A stretch of 56,073 nucleotides of DNA, filler included, from Sphacelaria rigidula (Eukaryota): NCBI GenBank assembly GCA_964200075.2. It is 7 parts of 7 records of this genome, joined end to end, with 100 filler letters (N's around TTAATTAATTAA, not from the genome) between each part and the next. Parts side by side here need not be neighbours in the genome. Positions count along the whole stretch, not along the records: positions 40,126 to 48,049 come from CAXNAA020012959.1; positions 48,150 to 56,073 come from CAXNAA020012960.1; 5 more parts are not named here. One strand, written 5' to 3'. A program made the position numbers and the translations under genes. Shown here in pieces: positions 46,791 to 56,073 of this stretch. The number at the start of each line of letters is the position of its first letter. Positions within the stretch are counted from its first letter, which is position 1. Below the pieces are notes generated by a model that worked only from the letters and a program-made list of their open reading frames with translations, searched no databases and had not been told where the DNA came from.

Positions 46791-49749
46791 TATATCCAAA
46801 CCTGTGGTGACCAAGTTGTACATACGTCGGACAGCTCATGAGGTACCTGAAATAATCGATCGAATAGAACTCTCAGATCTATTGTACAAAATAAAAAAAC
46901 ACGTGACAGCAGTGTCCGAGAATCCAAAGCGTCACCTTCCCGCTACACGGCGTGTTCGGCGTACATCGCTATCGGGAGCCAAGACGGAAAAAGTGGCCAA
47001 ATGAGGTAGCTCATGATATGGATCAGTACTCTTATGAGAGGTAATATCCAGGTAGCTCATGAGCTGTCCCATGTGTGAAAAAGCATGAACTTTCGTGTGT
47101 ACGACATCGCGAAAAATGTTGCTAATTCTACCGTGGATAAGATACGTACCAAAGTACCCGTGAAATGCTTCATCATCAATCTGCTGGACATGCACCCTAC
47201 AGGGGAGACGGAAGGATAAGGACGCCGCAGCGACGACGGTGCGTATATATATATACCACCATGCACTACACTACAGAGTGATGTATCCGTTAATCTTGAC
47301 AGTTTCTTTCATCGCTTTACTCCAGTGAACGCTCGTTACAAGTACACCCGTTAGCTTCCCGCACAAGTCGTACTCCAATGTGACTCCATCAACCCCCTCT
47401 CTCACGAGACTGTCATTAAAGATCCTGACCCTGGTTCATATTCCTACTCTCGTAACCGTCCACTCCTTAGCCCATGAGGAAGGTGGGGGTATGTATGTAT
47501 ATGGGGCTGTGTGCACATTTCTTACTTGGCTTATTAACACTCATACTTCCTCTGTCCCATAAGTACAGATACCTAAATTTGTACGGGCCCTCAACGATGT
47601 CCGATCGTTTTTTTTTTTAAATGGACTTTACGGTGCTTTTTGGGGTTACCCTTGTGGACCTCATTGATGATATTTGTTCTCGGGAATCGGCCTCATTTCG
47701 ACTTGAAAATGATGCCGATTCACATAAACAAAAGACGTCAATGGGTTCCGAAAGGGTCAAGAAAATGTGTTTAAAATTTGCAGCTCGTGTTTGAACCATG
47801 CCGCCGAACGGCTGCAAAAAAAGTAGTCGGTCCAAAAATGGCCGTTTTTTGCCCCTTACCAAGGGGAGAAAAAGTGTCGGGTTTTTTTTAATCGCGTGAG
47901 ACTTCCTGGCAGGCCCCAGTGAAGGCGGGGGCGATTTAGAAAAATCGAAAAAAAAAAAAAGTCAACACTTTTTCTCCCCCCTGGAAGGGGCAAGAAAACG
48001 CCAAATTATACAAACAATCTTTTTCTGCCAAAAAAACGCGCGATGATTANNNNNNNNNNNNNNNNNNNNNNNNNNNNNNNNNNNNNNNNNNNNTTAATTA
48101 ATTAANNNNNNNNNNNNNNNNNNNNNNNNNNNNNNNNNNNNNNNNNNNNATGTGTGACCTCGCCCACTGCAATTCGAGAGGTGACGGGTACTTGCTGTTG
48201 TAACGCAAAGTTGCTTTGCACAGCGAACACAGAGTAGCGTGTTATCAATGTACACAGGCAGTAGTGACAGCACATTTTCTCCGATTTTCGTTGGTGTACA
48301 GAGGCAATGCACAAATATCCTGCCTGTCCACTCTCATATTTTCATACTTTCCTTCTGTTATCTTGTTATCAATGCACACAGGCAGTAGTGACAGCAACCG
48401 TTATGGCTGTCTTCGGTATATCAAAGGTAGTGCTTCGAGCATAGAAAAGACCGCGCTGAAGGACCTGGCTTGTGCACTCGACAGCGTAGAGACAACACAG
48501 CCGATTCTTATCAGAGCAAACTATATGGTTTGTGGTACTTTATGTTGCGAGAATGAATTGCCCCTTGTACACAAGCACATACAATAAATCAGCACCACAT
48601 GGCAGGACAGAAGATACAAACACATGACCTTCAAAACGAAGCTTGCCCCATGTTGCATTGTTCACATATTGTTATAAGTATTCACAATCCGCTCCGGAAA
48701 ACATCATTGCTGTCTCCCGACTGTGGAAGGACCAAAGGACCGCAATAAAAATTGGGCGCACCGGCTCAGCTCATGCGCTGGACCCAACACTCTGACATGG
48801 AACAGACGCATCAAACGTTTCGGTGACCGCGTTGAGTCTTTCGGTGGCAGCCTTGAATTTATTTTTCAGCCTTCTCCGCGCGTTGAGGCGCCGTCTTGAC
48901 CTTGCGCGCGGCTGTCAAAGCACAGGATAAGTCTTGACCGGTTTTTCCCTTGTACTTCGTCCATGCTGCGCGGAAGTCCGTTTTTTTCTTGAGTTTCCAA
49001 ACACCGAGCTTTTGAGAATTCCGTATTTTTCACCTCGATAAACGCTGCTGTTCCTGAAGCCGCAAGTGCCGATTTTTCAACGCAGATATCTCGGCAACGA
49101 GGCAGAGGATTGGACTACGATTTGATGCGTGCGCTTCCCACACACCAAAACTTTTTGCGCCGCGGTGGCTTCCGAACGCGTGCCGCTGAACCAGCAGCAG
49201 CCTGCAAACCGCCAAAATGTACTAAAAAACGCGCTCTCTTTGACGTCCGGGGGGGTTTTGGATCCGCTGTGGCGAATTGAGCAAACCCGCTGAGGCGCTG
49301 AAAAGACCTAGTGCGTGCGCGGGGGGCTGCCAAGTGTCACAGGCCGATTTGCTCCCTGGCTCGAGAACTGTGCGATGAAAAAATTAGAGCTGTCGCATAC
49401 AAAACCTAGGTAACTTCGGGTGGAGCGTGAGTTCTGTTTGGAAGAGGCTTGGCACAGGTTGGGCACAGGTCCGACCAGTCAATGACGTCTTCGATACGTC
49501 TTCAATATCCCTCCGCGTTCGTATTTTGTTTTATTGACCACGGAGTTTTGGTCGGTAAGGCCTTCATTCACCCCCATAACAGTGACCTCAGCGGAACACT
49601 TCTGTACATCCACTCGAAGGTTTCTCAGAAACCAGGGATCAACAACTACAGCTCAGTACTGACGGCCACAACTCCGTCAGGGGAACTTATGGGCATCGGC
49701 ACTGTTGATGTAGCAGAAACAGTTCAAGACATGACCGACGATTCAACAG

Positions 49750-51668
49750 CTTTATCTACCACGGTGGGAGCAGACGTATGGCACAAGCGACTCGAACATC
49801 CTACGGAACAGGCCATGCGACGTCTTCAGAATATCCCCTCAACAGGTGTGAGGTTTGAAGGGTCACTACCGCCTTGTGAAACCTGCAAATTCAATAAGAG
49901 CGTACAGCAGGATCATCCCAAAGCGGTAGACTCCACCAATGTTTCGGAGCGGTTACAACTGGTCAGCACCGACCTGTCAGAACCCACTACACCTGCTGCA
50001 ATGGGAGGCTATAGGTACGTTGCAAAATTTACGGATTTATACACGCGGTTCAAGGTGGTGTACTTTATCAAGACAAAGGACGAAACTCTCACTACGCTCT
50101 GCCGGTTCATCCAACATCTGGCTATTCCTTTAGGGCTCCGCGTACACCACCCACGGTCTGACCGCGGGGGTGAATACATTGCGGCCTACTTTTGAAGATA
50201 CTGCAAAACAACGGGTATTCTTCAAGAATTTACTGCCCCTTACACCCCTCAGCAAAATGGCATTTCCGAACGAGACGGAAGAAATATCCTGAATATCACA
50301 CGCTGCCTCCTGAATGAAGCGAGTTTGCCGAGAATTATTTGGGGGGAGATTGCGGGAACTGCGGTCTTCTTGATCAACCGCTTGCCGCACACTAGCATCG
50401 GAGGAGACACTCCATACTATCGGATGTTTCTCGAACAACCGGAACTGTCGTTTTTGAGAACCATCGGCTCAAGAGCGTTCGTGCACAAGGAACGCCATCA
50501 GAGTAAATTAGAGGAAAAAGCTTGGGAAGGAGTATTAATAGGATATAATTCTGATAGTCCATCTTACCGTGTCTACGACCGCTACTCCTGGAGGATATCG
50601 AGCTCCCGTTATGTCACCTTTATTGGGAAAGTAGTCGGAACTCCTCACAGTGAAGAAGATTTTTCTGCACCGGACATCCTAGGCATCGACGATTCGGAAG
50701 ATGATCATCAACAACACGACGAGACCAGCAACTTCAATCTCAACATCTACGATGGAATCGCCCAGCTCGAAGATAACATCATCAACACTTCACCAAAGGT
50801 CAGCCTACTACTCCAAATGAATTTACGTTCGTCTGGCGGTGTTGAACACTCCACATCTGCACCTACTAATCAACGCCAAGTCTGAGAACTGCGGCGACTA
50901 GCTCTTACATCCACAGAGCTCTTGCATACCACTATGGCACTCGAAACGGTATGCCAGTACATCGGAACAATTGGCATCGAACAAGTTGTGCCACCCGCGT
51001 CCATTCCGATTCCTGTTAATTATCGCCAAGCATCTTGTTCGCCTTATGCGAAAAAGCGGAAGGCAGCGATGCTGGACGAACTTCAAAGCATGAAAGATCA
51101 TCAGGGGGCCGACATCATCCCTGCTGGATCCGTACCTCCTAACAACAACATCATCGGCGCGAGATGGGTGTTCAAGGTCATAGCTGACGGACGTTTTAAA
51201 GCTCGACTGGTGGTCCAAGGGTGGGCTCAGAGGCATGGGCTCGACTGTGGAAGTACCTTCGCCCCTGTTTGCCGGCTAGAAAGCCAGCGATTGCTACTGG
51301 CAATTACCACTGCAGTAAATTGGCTCACTTTAGTCCTGGTCGTCCAAACAGCATTTCTCAACGGGAAGCTTCAAGAAACGGTGTTTTGCAAACAAGCGCC
51401 TGGCTTCGAAACTCATGACCCCACTACAGGAAAACCGCATGTGATGAAACTCAAGAGAGCCCTTTATGGACTTCGCCAGAGTCCAAACGTGTGGAATTCT
51501 ACGATCGACACCGAGTTGAAAACACTAGGCTTTTCCGCCACTGCAAGTGACCCGTGTGTCTACACCAAAGGTTCCCACGGTAGTTACATCATGCTGACAC
51601 TGTTTGTAGATGACATATTAATGGCAGGCCCATCTATCAACCTGCTACACCAAGTACAAGATTTGCTC
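49750..51668 (+). mobile_element. Ty1/Copia pol (GAG-pre-integrase, integrase, RT), pseudogenised and 3'-truncated
   Basis: WHKRLEHP..CETC, STDLS..RSDRGGEY..APYTPQQNGISER, then RT RWVFKV..FKARLVVQG..TFAPV..TAFLNG..LKRALYGLRQSP..DPCVY..LFVDD. One frame with TGA stops at 50193-95 and 50883-85. Confidence 0.95.
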
Positions 51669-52247
51669 AAGATTTGCGTACGTATGGTTTTATGGATTTT
51701 AGAGCGTACCCTACTATCCTGGATTTCATGAGGAGCTTGCCCAAGTTATATATCCAGAAGGACACTCTCTTCTTTTTAGATTATAGGATTTTCAATTTTC
51801 TTACAAAGGCTTGGTGAAGAGAGAGGCCTAACGAGTTCGACTTTTCCTTGTCAAGTTGTATCCACGACGCTCTCGAGATGAGATTGCAGACCATTAGGTG
51901 TGTGTCACCGCCACACAGGCCTACCATCTATTACAGGGAGTCGTCCCACGACTCCCTGTAATAGGACGACTCCCTGTAATAGATGGTAGACCTGTGTGGC
52001 AGTTACACACATCTAATGGTCTGCAATCTCATCACGAGAGCGTCGTGGATACAACTTGACAAGGAAAAGTCGAACTCGTTAGGCCTCTCTCGATACCAAG
52101 CCTGTGTGAGGAAATTGAAAATCCTATAATCTAAAAAGAAGAGAGTGTCCTTCTGGATATATAACTTGGGCAAGCTCCTCATGAGATTCAGGATAAGGAT
52201 AGTAGGGTACGCTCTAAAATCCATATAACCATACGTACGCAAATCTT
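51669..52247. repeat. Fold-back inverted duplication (~280-bp arms)
   Basis: 51669-51946 is the reverse complement of 51964-52247 with few differences. The centre carries a duplicated ACGACTCCCTGTAATAG. Confidence 0.95.
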
Positions 52248-53838
52248 CTGCCATTCTTGCACGTTGTCCCATGGACTGCCCAGGCACCATGATGTGTACT
52301 AGATACACTCGAAACCCCCAGTCGATGTAGACGCTTGCGACACCCTGGATGATCCGGCGTGGTTGCGGAGGCAGGTGTCCGAGGCGAGCTCGAGCGTTCA
52401 TGGTGATTATTTCCAACATCAGCATGGATAAACGAAGCCGAAGAGAAATAACAGCACAGTCCAACGCAGTACAATGCAGAACAGTACAGTGCTGCCTTCT
52501 CTCTTCCCGCTGTTTCTTCCCTCTGTCTATGGTGGGTACCGCGAAGGATCAGATGAAACCATAACCTCTGGAGATCGGGACCTACCTCTTACTGCCGCAA
52601 GCTCTAAAATTCAAGCGTTTGACCCCCAGGGTGGGTAATCTGGGTTTTGATCCATTTTTCAAATGAAAATCATGCCAATGCAACATATGACCACCTGGGA
52701 GTGACGCTTGCTCCATGTTTCATCAAACACAAAGTTGAAGTTTTTTTCAGCGGAAAGGTGCTGTGAAAACGGTACGGGGCACATGGTGATACCGACAGAC
52801 CCAAAAACTGCTCGCAAAAACAAACAGAAGAGCATAATTCATTCACCATGTTGTGTGTTTCAGTACACGCCACGCTCTTTACGTTAGGTTCCCTGCGCAG
52901 CTGGGTACACAAGCGGCTGAGCTTGTCTCATCTTGATTGTCGGAGTGCATTATACACGAACAGAACACTCGCGCGCCCCGAGAAGCAAAGTTACTCCGAC
53001 ATAGACCTCCCCTGCGAGGCTCCGCCACCAGCCTGCCTGTATCGGTGTTTTTTTTCATTTGTCCTTGTCAAGGACGGCGGCTTGTTCGGGAGATTCATCA
53101 TCGATGGGCCGTTTTTTGGCAGCTCACTTCTCTTCGGCAACTTGCGCGATTCTATGGCCATTTTTTGCACTGTGTGCTTCAAATCCACACGTCGGAAGCT
53201 GCCCCGTCCTTTTCAGGGAGAATCTCGCGCTCAGCAGAACAGACGGGAAAAATTATCGCGTTGTACAAGATTTGACGGTACGCCTTCAAAGCGCTTGAAA
53301 AAAGACTGGCTGCCTGCCCACTCTGTGCCAGCGGTGTGGAGGTGTATGTAATGTCTCAACGGGGAGGGCGTCGCCTGAACCCGCGATTTCTCCGTCGAGA
53401 GGATATAGAATAAAATCAAGTGTATTCGCGTGGAAGACGCCAATCACGATAGGTTATCTATGACCGGGAAAATGTCGTCGAAAAGCCAAGACTCTTTTCG
53501 GAGGCCAACACCCCCCGATTCTCACATCTAGCTGTACTCTGGACAACGTATTTTTCCTTAGCCGACAGTCCAGGTATCCTGATGTAGTCGATAATACAAG
53601 CACCCTCAAATGCGGGCTATCCTCGTGTCCGGTGCCCTACACCAGCCATGCTATTGCTTGATCGCCAGCCTCGAGAGCGAAGTCAGTCTGTCAGTCAGTC
53701 TGTCCGAGATCTGTGATTTGTTCTTGTACCAGAGGGTTGTTTCGAGTCATCATCCATTATTATGCTTACGCCAATGTGGACGTTTTCTTCTAATATGATT
53801 TCGATTATGCACAAGCGCTCCTTCTCATCAACGATGCG

Positions 53839-55534
53839 CACCCTGGCTAACACAGTACTACGGAGTATGTAATATATGTTGCACGCCCAATATGTCGACG
53901 CGTCGCGTGTTCAATATATATATTGGCAAATATGACTGCACGACAGACAGGTCAATATATATATATATAATATATATTGTATCAACAATACGTCAAGGCC
54001 CGTGGCATATAATACACATCGCCAGAACAATGTATCACGACACGCGCCACGCCCATATTATATATATTGACCGAGTAATATGTCGGTGCGATAACGCGTC
54101 AATATGTATATGTCGAGTAATGTACTGGCTGCAACACGAGGCTAACATATATTGACGATTCAATATACTTTACACCCGAAGCGGTGATATATATTGCCGT
54201 CCCAATATGTCGTGCGTCAAGGCGTCCAATACATACTGGGCAAATAATACACAAGGTAATCGAACGTCGCAATACATGTGGTGAAGCAATATATATATAT
54301 ATATATTACCGGATCAATTTGTACATTGGAAAGTGGACAGGTAGTAGCATGCTGGACACTTTTGTATCCGCGGGCGCCATTGAAAGAAGATCACCGGATG
54401 CCGAAAGCACACAATATATTATTTCGCTAGGGTGTCCGAGATATATATATCAAGATGTATTGGCTGCACAGTAGCTGTACACTAGCCGTGAGATGAGCGT
54501 GTCCAATATATACTGAGAAAACGATACTTTTGGTTTGTGTTCAACGTATACTGTCGTGACAAAATATTATGCATTTCTTCGACATAATGACATTTCAATA
54601 CATACACGGCCGGCATGAACAATACATATTGAACGTTTTGTTCCCGGAGCAAGTGCATGTCCAATACATATTGGCATGCATCATTTCGCGATCATGACAC
54701 GATAAATAAGTGTTGTCGCATCAATATCTCCGAGGAAATCTCAAATCAATATATGCTGTGAGGACTATACTTGTGCAGTTTCCAATATGAAAGTGTTAGT
54801 ATCGTATTGGAACATACTGAATGATCCTGGGTATAAGCACGGGTGAACAGAGGGATGGCAGAAGGCGCATGTCGACCCGCTTTTTCTGCCGTCTTATAGT
54901 GTGAAAATAAACCAGGAAACAGAGACATTTCAAAGGGACGACTCAACGAATCTTACCTGTATTTTGTCTCGGAATAATTCGGAATGATCCTCGTATAACA
55001 ACCTGCACGCCAACAGAATAATTTGTACTTCTTGAATTACATTGAATGAGATATTCGTGGACGGGATGACTTCCAGGATACGGCAGAGTATAGTACTTAA
55101 ACAATATAGTGAGGTGGAATATACACTCGGCATCGATGCGCCCGCCCATTTGTATTTATGAGTGGGTGATATATTATCGCACACGCTACCTCGATATATA
55201 TACACATACCGACCGGGCAATATGCCATACGGCCAAAATATATATTTTTACCGGCCAATATGCTGTTACCCACACGGGCCCAATATATAATGACCGGGTA
55301 ATATGCTGTCACCTACGCAACCCCATTGTATATTGGTCGTGCAATATGTAGTCGCCCACACTGCACCAGTATATAAATATTTGTTTGCGATCCCTTGGTA
55401 CCAATAAACAAAATGTACTGGGTGGGCAGTATGTTTACAGTCCCAGGGTACCAATATATACTGCATCGGCAATATATCGCTGTATTCCAATATGATCGAT
55501 TAATATACACTGGGAACATGTATTGTCCAGGGTG
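53839..55534. mobile_element. Putative non-autonomous CACTA/EnSpm-like element with AT-rich subterminal repeats
   Basis: CACCCTGG..CCAGGGTG termini with CG on both sides. Dense CAATAT/ATATTG motifs at 53860-54720 and 55080-55530. Confidence 0.55.
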
Positions 55535-55624
55535 CGGAACAATCTCAACACCTTTCGCAGTCACCAGATTAGCGACGTTTGGCTTCTGTACAGGCTGGGC
55601 CGCCCAAGATGCGAACAGGATTCT

Positions 55625-55922
55625 TGACACGCGAGTCTTGAGATCAACTTTGAGTCGTTTTTGATGAAATTCTGACACGATGTACGGGACGTACATGCAA
55701 AGACCCCTCATATCCCCCCCCCCCCCCCATTTTTTCCTTCTTCTCCGTAAGTTATTGGCGACGGTACATTTCAGAACAGTTCTTTTCGGAACAAAATCGA
55801 CAATAACTAACCAGGAAAAAACAACGAAACACAACGGGGGATTTGGGGGGTCTTTGCATGTCGTCCTGTATATCATGTCAGAACTTCAAAAACGGCTCAA
55901 ATTGAGCTGAAGACTCGCGTCA
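55625..55922. mobile_element. MITE with ~90-bp TIRs and 4-bp TSD
   Basis: ACGCGAGTCTT..CATGCAAAGACCCC is inverted at 55836-55922. TTCT at 55621-24 and 55923-26. Confidence 0.8.
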
Positions 55923-56073
55923 TTCTATCGTAAACCGCTTTCTATAGTATATGGAGATGGACCAGCCACGAAAAATTCAAACACAACTTTACCGTTCAAT
56001 TTCAAGTTGTTTTCGACGATATTTTGACACGTAAAGGACGTATGTGCGGAGACCCCTTTCACCCTCACACCCC

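Overview
Eukaryotic, intron-rich DNA of roughly 50% GC. It is most likely a brown alga or another photosynthetic stramenopile, inferred from the gene structure, a thylakoid-type FKBP and the repeat landscape. It is not one locus: seven contigs of 7926, 7925, 7925, 7925, 7924, 7924 and 7924 bp (size-sorted) are joined by identical 100-bp linkers (44N-TTAATTAATTAA-44N), so neighbours across linkers are probably unrelated. Contig 1 holds a degenerate, internally deleted Ty1/Copia element. Contig 2 holds the 3' exons of an FG-repeat nucleoporin-like gene with a Stowaway/plant-mariner-like element in an intron. Contig 3 holds a five-exon FKBP16-1-like PPIase. Contig 4 holds four exons of XPD/ERCC2. 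Contig 5 holds an orphan gene of about 790 aa and a diverged palindrome of about 1.3 kb. Contig 6 holds two myosin-head exons. Contig 7 holds a Copia pol truncated by a fold-back inversion, a CACTA-like element and a MITE. Across contigs, an abundant ~310-bp SINE-like repeat shares its 3' ~70 nt and C-rich tail with 5'-truncated LINE fragments; tRNA-headed SINEs and many MITEs are also present. No CRISPR array, rRNA or intact tRNA gene was seen. All exon calls were made by eye using GT-AG and phase consistency; no database searches were run.
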